Source: Gnetum montanum
Taxonomy: Eukaryota > Plantae > Gnetophyta
Direction: 5' to 3'
Length of the DNA: 64,000 bases
NCBI GenBank assembly: GCA_015680685.1
Contig: MNCI01003297.1
Coordinates: 104,065 to 168,064, forward strand
In this document: positions 52,290-64,000 of the stretch, piece after piece
Layout of the letters: each line of letters begins with the position of its first letter
Position numbering within the stretch: position 1 is the stretch's first letter
Notes under the pieces: model-generated
The model's input: the letters and a program-made list of their open reading frames with translations, nothing else
What the model was told of the DNA's origin: nothing
Databases searched by the model: none
Translations under genes and position numbers: made by a program

Positions 52290-54757
52290 AGTATGGCTTC
52301 AAGCACAAATGGTTGATAGGATGTGGAAATTCATTTCCATCTATGTTAGCCAACTTGAATGCCCCATTCTCATAGGCTTTTGTAACTACATAGGGGCCTT
52401 CCCAGTTGGATGAGAATTTGCTCATGGATTTACGAATGGCCTTAAGGACTAAGTCCCCTTTTTATTAGTCGTTGGTGCAAATTGCAATGATGTTTCTTCC
52501 ATTACTTGTCTTGGTGCCACTCAATGTGATTAAGTGTTTGGGTGTGCTCCTCTACAGAGTCAAGGTCAATGATCCTTGACTCATTGTTTTGAGGCTTGTC
52601 CATGATGTTTGAAAGGATCATTTGAACTGACGAGACCTACAATTCAAGAGGCAACACTACTTCAGATCCATATACACTACTATATGGGGTCTTACCTATA
52701 ACTATCTTGTAGGTCATGTTATAAGCCCAAAGCACATAGAGGATTTGCTCATGCCATCACCTCTTGCTACTACTAAGCATCCTTTTCAAAAGGTTGATGA
52801 TGACTTTATTAGTAGCCTCTGCTTGGCCATTTTCCTGGAAGTAATATGGTGATGAGAAAGAATGTTTGATACTGAGACTTTCGCAAAAGGCTTTGGTTTC
52901 TATGCTAAAAAATTATGGCCTGTTGTTGGTAACAATAGTCATGGGAAGAATAAACCATGTAACTATATTGTCTAGCATGAACTTGCAAACCTATTGGGAC
53001 ATGGTCTTTTTGAGAGGAATAGCTTCTACCCATTTTGTAAAGTACGTAGTTGCAGTAATAATGAAACTATGCCCTATAGAAGACTTAGGTGTAATGGGTC
53101 CTATGATATCTAGTCCCCAGCATTGGAAAGGCCATGTGATCTACATGGTATGTAATTTAGTAGGCGATATGTGTATAAGGTTCCCATGACATTGACATAC
53201 ATCGCATGTCCTTAATTTGACAAAGCAATCACATTCCATGTGAGACCAGTAGTAGCCCATATGCCTAATCTTTGCTATCATAGCCCTGGGAGCTATGTGC
53301 CCTCCACATAGTCCCTCATGGACCTCATCAACAATTTTTTGAGCTTTGTCCCCATTAACACAAACTAGCAATATCCCATCATAAGAACATTTGCATAGAA
53401 TGTTGTCTCCTACGAGGACATATTACCGTGCTCACTTTCGTACTGCATCCTTTTGCGCAGGTGTTAGGTCGCATGGGGGTTCACCATGTTGGAGGTATGT
53501 TTTAATATCATCATACCATTATCGAGTATTTACTATTCTTACATATGCTATATTTGTCATGTGAATGATGGGGTCAATGCATTTCACTATCGCAATAGGT
53601 AAGGTGACAAACATGTGTGGCGGCGCACACTCAGGGCCAACGTGGCCAATGCATTAGCGATAGTATTTTCATTGCAGGGCACATATTGGACTTCTATGAT
53701 TGCAAAATACTTTAGTAAGTATTTGGCCAGATCACAGTAAGGCTGTAAATGGTGTGTCTTGCAAGTGAATACCTCTAACTTGGTTCATGACTAGTTGTGA
53801 GTCACCTCGAATTGCTAAACTTTGGATCCTTGACTCTCAAGCTACTAGAATGCCCCTCAGGAGACCCTCGTATTCTACTACATTGTTCATGCAAAGAACC
53901 GTGAAATGATATGCAAAAGGTCAAATCTCCTTGGAGGGAAGTGTGAGAATAGTGGAAGCATTGCCACCTTGTGTAGTCAAGGCACCATCAAAATGTAGGA
54001 TGGCTTCGAAGTCTGCGAGCACTGTACTTATGCTACTAATGTGCTCATCTAGAAACTTAGGTTCTATCACTTCCTGGTCATTGGTAACCAAAGGTGTAAG
54101 TTGCGTAGCTGTTGCTTGACCCTTTATAGATTATTATGCTACATAGTGTAGATCTAATTCCACAGTTATGGCTTTCCATTGGGCTATCCTACTACTTTCA
54201 TATATATTGGTTGTAATAGCCCAAAGTATGTTATTCTTGCAAATAATGTTTACTTGGCTACAAAATAGGTAATGCCTCCACTTTTTAAGCATGAACACTA
54301 AAGCAACATAACTTTTCTCTACTTCATTATATTTTTCTATGGAGGCTACCAACGCATGACTTAGGTAGTAGACAGGGATTTCAGAACCATCATTCCTCTT
54401 TTGGCATAGCAAAGTAGCAATAGACATGTCTAAAGTGGCGAGATAAATGTAAAAAGGTTTGTCTCTCTATGGAGGGTAAACAGTGGGAAGATGGACAAGC
54501 TCTTTCTTTAAGTTATCAAAAGCTTCTTGACATTGATTTGTCCATTCAAAGTTAACTCCCTTTTTCAGCAAGTGTTGCATTGGATGCAACTTATCAGTTA
54601 ACCTTGCGATAAATCTTCTTATGAATTATACCCTACCTTGCAGCCCACACAACCCCTTAAGGTTTGTAGGTGGTGCCAAGTTAACAATGGCTTTAACTTT
54701 ATCGGGATCTACATGTATCCCCATTTTTTATACCAAAAATCCTAGCATGAGTCCTAT
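52290..54757 (-). pseudogene. pol: Element C pol remnant: RT C-terminus, RNase H, aRH, integrase
   Basis: IPVYYLSHAL, LHFDGA, VHEGLCGGH..GYYW..CDVCQ, NWEGPY. Confidence 0.92.
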
Positions 54758-54761
54758 CTAG

Positions 54762-57073
54762 ATCGAAAGGGGATTTACATGCAAAAGGTCAAGCTAGAGG
54801 TAGCCCATAAGGTTTACCCTATCTTCTAGGCTCGTGCTTTTCCCAAATTACTCTTCCAAGGGAAAACCCTTGGAGTAGAGAAATCTTGGGTTATGAGGGA
54901 TGTCATGGAAGAAGGGACTCACTATAATTGGGCCAAGTATCTCATTGCAAGTTTGTAGGCCGAAATGATTAAGCTTTATGAGAAGCTTGATGCACATTTT
55001 AATGTGCATTTCACCTTTTTTATCACTTGCCTATGACAATTTGCTAAATTTTTGGTGGTCTGAGAGAATGGCATCTAGGTGTTGTAGGATCACACCCAAA
55101 TATCCAAACCATGGATTTGCCAAGTATTCCACACCACTTGCTCACAAGACCCCCCGAAAGCCATTGGAGAATCTTTTTCAATAACAATGAAGGATCAGGT
55201 GGGCCAGCCCTTTTATGCACCAGACAGTGTTGGACTAGCATCTTCCACTAACATGGGCAATACGGTTAGTGGGGCATGCCTTATTATTGAAACAATGAAA
55301 TTGAAATTGCAATGCAATAAATCTCATCCCGTGGAAGAGCCTTCACATGCCAGTGAAGAAAGAGACAGAAGGTTGTGAATCAAGGTTCGCAAAGTGTAGC
55401 CCACAATTGCTAGTGAGTATGGTTTAATTGTCTTGTTAGCTAAAGCTACCTTCCCTCATTTTTACATTAGACTAGCATGCTCACTTTAGATCTTTTTAAT
55501 AGATGATGAAGAAGAAGCTTTGGCCCCTAAGGCAAGGGCCCCTACTATAGAAGAAGAAGAGGCCCCAGCTATAAAGGAGGAGGCCCTTGCAGCAGAGGAA
55601 GAGGCCCCTGTTGCAAATGAACCTTTAGCAAAGTGTGCCTTGTCACTTGAGGGGCATATGATGGTTGAGGACACTGCTACATTGTTAAGTCAGCTTGAGG
55701 TGGAAGAGCTAAAATTTGACGTTAGTGAGTTTGATAGTTTGCTTAACAATGTGTCAATGGGCGATCCCCCCACTCTCACCCTTGAGGGTTCGCTGGGTAG
55801 CAGCTTTGCACTATTGTTCATGTCATTTTTTAGTTTTATTTTCCTCTTCTTCACCATGCTAACATGCTTTTTTGTGCAGCAGACACTACTACTAATGCTC
55901 CCAATTCTTCCTTCTCATTTTTTCTCCAACCATGGACCAAGACCCTGGACAAGTTTGCCTTTATGGAGGGGGTAGCTGATGACATGATCGATTGCTTAAG
56001 GAAAATTGATCCCAAAATAGGTGTGTTTGCATTATGAAATTTGCACTCTGTGTTGTTATATTTTTACCATCGTCTCATGACTAATGCTTTCTCATGTTGG
56101 GTATAACAGCTTCTTAGGTGAAGTGGGATCCAAGATAGGTAGTCGAAGTTGACGTTGTTCCTAAACTTCCCCCAGAGGTAACCGAGGTGCCTCGTAATGT
56201 ATACAAGGAGGTGAGTAAATGCATTCTATACTCAACATGGTCCCTGTGGGAGTGCAAGCACGTCAACAAAGACCTCTGGAAGTAGGCCCAGAAGCTAGAA
56301 AAGGAGAAAGCTAGCCAAGTGGTTGAACTAGAGGATCTACGGTCAAGTAATGAGTTCTTGGTGGCCCATGACACTTTTGATGGTAGTTGGTGTACAACCA
56401 TGATTGTTTATGCAAGATATTGGTCAACCGTATGGGATAAAAATGAGGCTACCCATGAAATAATTGAGCAACGCTTGCAGATGGATCTACTGGCCCAAAA
56501 AAACTAGGATTGGAAAGATTATAGCACCGAGGTGTATGAATGGCGGCATGCACAAAAAAATCATAAGCACATGTACAAGGTAGAATGTGCTACCTACCAT
56601 CAAAAATATCAAGATGCTTCCATTGAGTTGCATACTCATAAGCTATTTCTTAATGTAATCGGTGCTACTAGGGCCTTTGATAAATCTACAAAATAGATAG
56701 TGGTCAATGAGTCTCCTAAGAGGGAGATGACCTTGCCTTTTGGGAAGACCACCACTGCCACCTTTTCTCCAAAGCTACCCACTTGGACGGCTATGGAGAA
56801 GGGGAAGATTGCGGCTAGCGTTGATTTAGGGAAAGAAGATTGGAAAAACTTGAGCAAAGATGATATACTCTGATTCTTAGTAGCTAGCATGGACAGAATG
56901 CCTCCAAAGATGGATGCAGGCCCATCTCAGTTTAGCCAAACTTTATTTTGTTGTAGTTTATTTTATGATATGTGATGTGATTTGACTCATTATTTTATTC
57001 TTTCTTTATGTAGGGCCCAAATGAGGATGTAGAACCTAGTAAGGTGAGGGATAAAGATATCGGCGGAGACTAA
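54762..57073 (+). pseudogene. Element C copy of the antisense cargo gene (part of exon 4 through exon 8)
   Basis: Introns 55413-55502, 55788-55879, 56021-56109 and ~56930-57013; DRKGIYMQK..THYNWAKYL, ISKPWICQVFHTT, acidic tract, KWDPR..PPEVTEVPRNVY. Confidence 0.85.
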
Positions 57074-57244
57074 TAGCCTATTGGCAAAAAAGAATTTTTT
57101 TTTTTGTTTTCAAAGATGAAATGAAATGGTTGTTGTTATGTATTCTGAGTATGGACTTTTATTTAATGAAAATTGAAACACTTATTTTTATTATTTTCTT
57201 GGTTCATGTGTTTGTTAATGTGCTTAGGCCCCTTGTGGACCCCT

Positions 57245-57690
57245 TGTTTTAGTTTTAGGCCATTTCAGGCCATCCCTAGTTTAAGGCCATTTTGGACCAA
57301 ACGTAATGTAATTTTCAAAAGTGGCATTGCCAATTTTAGGCCTTGGCAGTCCATAACGATAGATTAAGGCTATTTTGAGCCATATGTAAGGTTGTTTTTG
57401 AAATTGGTGTTGTTAATTTTAGGTGTTGGTGGGCCATGGTGGTAGGTTAAGGCCAATCCGGGCCATTGCTAGTTTAAGGCTGTTTCGGGCCATTGCTAGT
57501 TTAAGGCCATTTTGGGCCAAATGTAGTGTAATTCTCAAGAGTGGGATTGCTAGTTTTAGGCCTTGGCGGGCTGTATCGATAGTTTAAGGCCATTTTAGGC
57601 CATAATGGTAGTTTAAGATTTTTGAGAGTGAGGTTGTCATTTTTATGCCTTTGCGGGCCGTAGCAATAGTTTAAGGCCATTTTAAGCCGT
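57245..57690 (-). repeat. Element C array of GGCCTTAAACTAG-type motifs
   Basis: More than 10 copies of (C)TAGTTT(T)A(A)GGCC on +. Confidence 0.85.
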
Positions 57691-57849
57691 AATCGCTTTA
57701 ACTAATGCCAACGGTAGAGATAATGCAAATAGCAAACTTAATGCAAAAGGGAAATCATGTGAACAAAAGTATAAAAATTATTGAAGCAAAGTGGATGTAA
57801 ACCTTATTCATGCAATTGTTTCCTAATCTGACATGGGTTAGCTAGGGCA

Positions 57850-58450
57850 TAGGCTCAAGAAGCCTTACGGTGGTTTTCCTCTATGCTATCATTTGCTGTT
57901 TGGAAGGGCAATTTGGCCCACATGGTTTTTTCGTTTAAGTCCGTGATTTTAAATGGTTCATTTGTCAAACATGGAATTTCAACATGAGTTGATGATTCAC
58001 TTTCAAATATTTCTATCTCTTATCCTTGCTCTACGTCTATATTGTTGATGGCTCGAGAGGCTACTTCGTCACCAAAGATCACCACCTCTCCACCCACAGA
58101 GGGTAAGTGGATCTCTTGGTGTATGGGTGATGAGATAGCTCTTAGTTGGGCTAACCATGATCTCCCCAAGATCAAGTTGAATCCAGGCATCTCTTCCAGC
58201 ACAATAAAAACTATGCAAGTGGGAAATTGGTCCCCTGCTACAAAGTTGATGGTAACAATCCCTTTGACCACCACACATGCCCCATTGAATGACTTTAAGC
58301 ATGAGGTTGCTGTGGGCTTGATTTGTTCTACCAAACCCAGCTTATCCACTATATGGAATGGTATCACATTGGTGGTAGCCCCGTCATCAACATGTCTTTG
58401 TGAATTTTATACTGGCCTACCCAAATTGTGATAAACATGGGTGCGGTAGT
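57850..58450 (-). pseudogene. Element C aspartic protease
   Basis: HVDDGATTNVIP..FNLILGRSWLAQLRAISSPIHQ. Confidence 0.88.
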
Positions 58451-59249
58451 TACTTGACCCATTTTAGAATCATCTTTGATGGCTTTGTCGTGAAATGTTA
58501 ACTAGGTTTGCCATGGTTCTTCAGCCACAAAGCGAAGCATAACAATGTAGATAGCTTTCTCTTTGGCTGACATGTTTTCATTAACAGGAACAGATGCTAA
58601 CATGTGAACTAACGCCTCACGATGCTCTATAAAAGTCATTACTAAGTCGTATAGGATTAATGTTGTGTTCTTCTATTTCAAAGCCTGTTTAACTTGTGAA
58701 AGGGTGTTAAGGAAGTCCTGCCCACTATCTAATTATTTGCTAACTTTCTCTTCTTCTATGCATCCTAGAAGACAAATCTCCTGAGGGGGAGTGGCTTTGG
58801 GTTGAATACTAAGCTTTTTTGGATCAGAAGATGATGGTTGTGTCTGTGTGTTGCTACCAGTAGCTGATGATGAAGAGGCCATGGGAATTGCGAACAAGGG
58901 GATAGGCTTAGGAGGGCCTAGCGTAGTGTGTTTCCTAGCCAACTTATCTGCTAGATGTTCTTCACATTTCCTTGCACAAGGAGGTTAAGACGCAATGCTT
59001 GTCACTTGACTTTAGGTAGTGGGGGAACTTGCCTACTTTGGCACCCTGATAACAAACAATTCCTACATCATTATAGTGGGACGCAATGTAGTTTTAAGCA
59101 CAAATGATGTAGTATATTTTTATGGAGAGGCTCTAATGATAAAGGGGGTTTGCGATTTGGTTGTTTTCAAAACTGTAGCACTGAGGGGGTGGGGGGGAAT
59201 AGACGAACCACGAATGATTCATGTTGTGATTTTGTGTTGTCATCAATGC

Positions 59250-61490
59250 TAATGGCATTGATGGTGTAGCTTGCATTGTTAGCATTCAAAGGGTCTTTGT
59301 AAACATGCATCAATTGGTTTTTGGGTCAGATAGGACTACTCTCATCCAAAACCAACTTACCCTGATTGATCATTCATTGGATGTCATCTTTTAACACTAG
59401 GTAATAATCTATATCATGCCTGAACAACTAATGATAATCGCAAAAACACTCTAGTCTGAAGTTCCTAGGTACTGGTGGTTCATTAGGCATAGCCAAGGAA
59501 GGGTCTCAGAGGACTTCACGGTACCTTTGGTGGCATTTAATGGCCTCTTCTGACATCCTCTTGTGTTGGATATGTCTAGCTCCCAACAATTGATTTAGAA
59601 GCTCTAAAGTCTTGATTGGTAACGGGTATATTTTGAGTGGTCCTTACGCTCAAAATTTGACCTTGGCTATGTCTGCACCGTGGGTGTTGATGGTGAAGGC
59701 TGATTGGTGCTACTGGGTGTTGTGTTAGTGGGAGATTTAGGTGTTGTACTAGCTTTTTTGTTATTTTTTGGCTTAATTTCATTAGCCACTGTGGCCACTA
59801 TAGTTGTTTTGGCCTTCCCTTTCTCCTTGTCCTTCTTTGTATGTGTATTTTGGTAGGCTATGTAGGCTAGATCTCTACTAGCCTCTACTACATCTTGAAT
59901 GCTTTTAGTTTGGGTGAACGCTTGACTAAGGGAATGCGGAGCCAAGTAGTACAATTTAGATTTGATGAAATCATTCACTGCACCTTTAAATATGGCTAAA
60001 AAATGGGCCTTGAAAATTGGTTCATGTATTTTGTTTAAGGTTGCACTCCAACATTGTATAAATTTTTGCACGGATTCTAGCAGTTCTTGTTTAACATGCA
60101 TGAGCTAGTCTAAGGTAACTTCAGGCTTCAAGTTATACTTAAAGTAAGTCACGAACTAGCTTAGCAATTCTTCTAGCATAAAGATAGAAGCATGGGGAAG
60201 AGTGTGGTACCAATCTAAGGCTTTGCCTATTAGATACATGGTGAAAATGTGAATGATTGTGTGAGGCCACGGTTGCAACAACAAGGATTCAGACCTGAAG
60301 GTTACTAGATGGACATTCAGATTGCCTTCCCCATTGTATTTTGTAAATTGGGAAAGTTGTACCCCAAGAGGCAATGTAAGCACGAGAACAACCAGACTGA
60401 TCGAGTCATGTTGATAGAAGTCCATGACCTGAATGATTTCAGAACCAGTAGCTTTGAGCCATTTAATTTCTTCAGTTAGGGTCTGGATCAGTTGGAAGGC
60501 TTGGTCCAAACCAGGGAATGCTACAAGGGGTTGTGAAGCTACAAGAGTAGCCATCATTGGTGGTACTATTGGTGTGGCTGCCAGTCGCATTGGGGATGCT
60601 ATTTGAACAACCCCTGCTAGTGCTATCATTTGAGAGGCCCAAAACCTAGCAAGTGGTGCCACTAGAGCAGCTGCCATTGGTGGCGCTATGGATGTGATCA
60701 TCTGTCCCATGGTTGGGGCAGCCCATAACCCCATGTTCAGTTTCATTACATGTGGAACTTGGTATTTTTGGGGTTGTACGTATTGCTGCACATGAGACAG
60801 TTGAGTTGTGGGAAAAGAGGTTTTTGTTGCCCACCATGCAACCAAGGTTGGGCCTACTACTAATGGTAGAATGTGTATAGAGGGGGGTAGGAACAGAAGT
60901 TACATGTAGTTGTGAGGCAGGCATGGTGTGCACGTATAGCAGTGTGGGCATTATAGATGTTTGGTGCAGAATTAGAATAGACTAGGAAGGATGATTGATG
61001 GGAAATGAGGTTGAAGGGCCTACATGCTGATGTGTTGATGACATTTGGTGACTACCCACCACCAAAGAGGGTCTAGGTTGTAGCCGTGTTGTGGCAGTAG
61101 CAACAAAGGCAAGAAATTGCGACTGGTGTGAATGGGCAACAAAGATGGAAGGGACAACTATGGCATAGATTGGACCACCACCTTCAGAATGGGAGTCTAA
61201 CTCCTCCTGGCCATCTTGAAAAGGTTCATCATAGTGGGAGGTTGTGTCCTATTCTCCTAACCTACTTAATTGTATAAGTTGGTTTAGCACCCACTGATAC
61301 ATTTTGGTCAATGAGATAGTGGTGTTAGAAGTAGGAATGAGCTCCCTCCCGTTCTGGATGAACTCAAAGTTACATTTTTCTTCAAAGTCATGATAGTCGA
61401 ATGGTATATTCACTTGAATTTTTGCACACAAAAAATTATATCGTTGTTCGTCTTGAGGAAGACATTCAGGCGATTGATGCTGCAATCTAA
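59250..61490 (-). pseudogene. gag: Element C gag
   Basis: FTKYNGEGNLNVHL..LIGKALDWYHTLP; CDYH..HDIDY; N-terminal block homologous to A 1350-1650. Confidence 0.9.
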
Positions 61491-61946
61491 GAGACTATCG
61501 CGGTACCTACATTGGGCTAGACGATCGCTCGGGATCTTCCATGTGTGACACAAAGTGGGACACCTCCATACTCATGGTAGAAATGGAAGTGGTGACGGGA
61601 TTCATTTTTTTGGTATGAGAAAGGTATAAGAGGTGAGATGCTTATGCGAAACAATTAAAAAAATAGTACATTTTCATGCTAAACGATAGCGTAACATAGT
61701 TGTTGGTGACCGTTTGGGACGCAAACGCCAACGAGTGTCCTCGAATAGGATTTAGGTGCCTGCTGGTCTCTGGCTACATCAAGGCCCAGATACCTCCAAA
61801 TAGACTCAGTAGTTAATGTGAGTATGTGTGTGTGCTGTTGCGGCGTGCGGTTGTGAGAAATGTAACAATTGCATTGCGTGTAAACTACAAATGACTTACT
61901 TTAAAGAGATTCAGCCAACTTTGCCAAGTACTGTGAGTTGTTGAAA

Positions 61947-63436
61947 NNNNNNNNNNNNNNNNNNNNNNNNNNNNNNNNNNNNNNNNNNNNNNNNNNNNNN
62001 NNNNNNNNNNNNNNNNNNNNNNNNNNNNNNNNNNNNNNNNNNNNNNNNNNNNNNNNNNNNNNNNNNNNNNNNNNNNNNNNNNNNNNNNNNNNNNNNNNNN
62101 NNNNNNNNNNNNNNNNNNNNNNNNNNNNNNNNNNNNNNNNNNNNNNNNNNNNNNNNNNNNNNNNNNNNNNNNNNNNNNNNNNNNNNNNNNNNNNNNNNNN
62201 NNNNNNNNNNNNNNNNNNNNNNNNNNNNNNNNNNNNNNNNNNNNNNNNNNNNNNNNNNNNNNNNNNNNNNNNNNNNNNNNNNNNNNNNNNNNNNNNNNNN
62301 NNNNNNNNNNNNNNNNNNNNNNNNNNNNNNNNNNNNNNNNNNNNNNNNNNNNNNNNNNNNNNNNNNNNNNNNNNNNNNNNNNNNNNNNNNNNNNNNNNNN
62401 NNNNNNNNNNNNNNNNNNNNNNNNNNNNNNNNNNNNNNNNNNNNNNNNNNNNNNNNNNNNNNNNNNNNNNNNNNNNNNNNNNNNNNNNNNNNNNNNNNNN
62501 NNNNNNNNNNNNNNNNNNNNNNNNNNNNNNNNNNNNNNNNNNNNNNNNNNNNNNNNNNNNNNNNNNNNNNNNNNNNNNNNNNNNNNNNNNNNNNNNNNNN
62601 GTGAAGCCTTTTTATAGGGTTCCAAGGTAGGTAAGGAAGTTACNNNNNNNNNNNNNNNNNNNNNNNNNNNNNNNNNNNNNNNNNNNNNNNNNNNNNNNNN
62701 NNNNNNNNNNNNNNNNNNNNNNNNNNNNNNNNNNNNNNNNNNNNNNNNNNNNNNNNNNNNNNNNNNNNNNNNNNNNNNNNNNNNNNNNNNNNNNNNNNNN
62801 NNNNNNNNNNNNNNNNNNNNNNNNNNNNNNNNNNNNNNNNNNNNNNNNNNNNNNNNNNNNNNNNNNNNNNNNNNNNNNNNNNNNNNNNNNNNNNNNNNNN
62901 NNNNNNNNNNNNNNNNNNNNNNNNNNNNNNNNNNNNNNNNNNNNNNNNNNNNNNNNNNNNNNNNNNNNNNNNNNNNNNNNNNNNNNNNNNNNNNNNNNNN
63001 NNNNNNNNNNNNNNNNNNNNNNNNNNNNNNNNNNNNNNNNNNNNNNNNNNNNNNNNNNNNNNNNNNNNNNNNNNNNNNNNNNNNNNNNNNNNNNNNNNNN
63101 NNNNNNNNNNNNNNNNNNNNNNNNNNNNNNNNNNNNNNNNNNNNNNNNNNNNNNNNNNNNNNNNNNNNNNNNNNNNNNNNNNNNNNNNNNNNNNNNNNNN
63201 NNNNNNNNNNNNNNNNNNNNNNNNNNNNNNNNNNNNNNNNNNNNNNNNNNNNNNNNNNNNNNNNNNNNNNNNNNNNNNNNNNNNNNNNNNNNNNNNNNNN
63301 NNNNNNNNNNNNNNNNNNNNNNNNNNNNNNNNNNNNNNNNNNNNNNNNNNNNNNNNNNNNNNNNNNNNNNNNNNNNNNNNNNNNNNNNNNNNNNNNNNNN
63401 NNNNNNNNNNNNNNNNNNNNNNNNNNNNNNNNNNNN
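61947..63436. other. Two assembly gaps separated by a 43-nt island (62601-62643)
   Basis: N runs 61947-62600 and 62644-63436. Confidence 1.
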
Positions 63437-63714
63437 TTGTTTGCCCTTCGCTCTTTGCCTTTTGTCCTCTGTTTTATTATTTTGTTTCCTGCAGTGCATT
63501 TGTGGATGCGTGGGATTGAACCCAAAAAAACGTAGATTTCGGTTTGGATTTTTCTTTATGCATCCTGCGTTTGCGTTGGTGCTGCCGTTATTGTTCCAAG
63601 TTGCCTTCGTGCGTCCGCTGCTTGCGTGTTTTGTGGGAGTCATTTCCTAAATTAACCCTGTCGAAACAGACCCACGAATTCCCAAGAACGCCCAAATAGA
63701 ATCTGTGAACAAGA

Positions 63715-63860
63715 CCGCGGTTTTCTGCAAATTTCAGAGCAAATTAGGGCCGCGATTTTCTGCAAATTTCGGAGCAAATTAGGGCTGCGATTTCCTACAA
63801 ATTAGGGCCACGATTTTCTGCAAATTAGGGCCACGATTTTCAGCAAATTAGGGCCGCAAT
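63715..63860. repeat. Tandem repeat with GCAAATTAGGGCC(G/A)CGATTTTCT units
   Basis: About 5-6 copies, CpG retained. Confidence 0.75.
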
Positions 63861-64000
63861 TCATTTGCAAAATAATTCGTGTTGTTGGTATGCCACGCCC
63901 AGGAATTCCATTGTTCAGTTTCCTGTACCGCGTGAGTGAACCTCCAAACCGTAAACTGAAATATTTGCATCTTTCAAACATATTTTATTTCCTGATGTTG

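Larger units (their letters stand above)
48405..61740 (-). mobile_element. Element C: diverged member of the element A family, with an internal deletion; 5' LTR and PBS not seen
   Basis: Colinear with A in gag, PR, antisense gene, RH, aRH, INT, repeat arrays and LTR ends. Confidence 0.9.

Noticed and set aside
61885-63643. Long ORFs in the track (also 23871-24413)
   Set aside because: Composed of X residues from N gaps

Overview
Plant-type nuclear heterochromatin made almost entirely of nested, decayed LTR retrotransposons, with three N gaps and no intact host gene. Contents: (A) a Tat/Ogre-Retand-like Ty3/gypsy element on + (1-17370); an older LTR fragment and a SIRE-like copia 3' end; (B) an Athila element with a CTATG target-site duplication (20325-33841), carrying a second Athila (B2) inserted in its RT; a deleted copia relic on -; a CRM-clade chromovirus on -; and (C) a second, diverged member of the A family on - (~48405-61740). 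The main finding is in A and C. Between protease and RT lies a ~5.8-kb intron-like spacer holding an antisense, TATA-driven, 8-exon gene of ~1,100 codons. Its shared introns are conserved in position and size in C, and in phase where this could be checked. When spliced by hand, the N-terminus resembles a plant FCP1/NIF-type HAD phosphatase lacking its catalytic aspartates. This is fused to a plant-transposon-protein-like domain, an acidic tract and a helical C-terminus. Arrays of a CCTTAAACT(A/G)G motif bracket the gene. All domain calls come from motif recognition by eye, not database searches.
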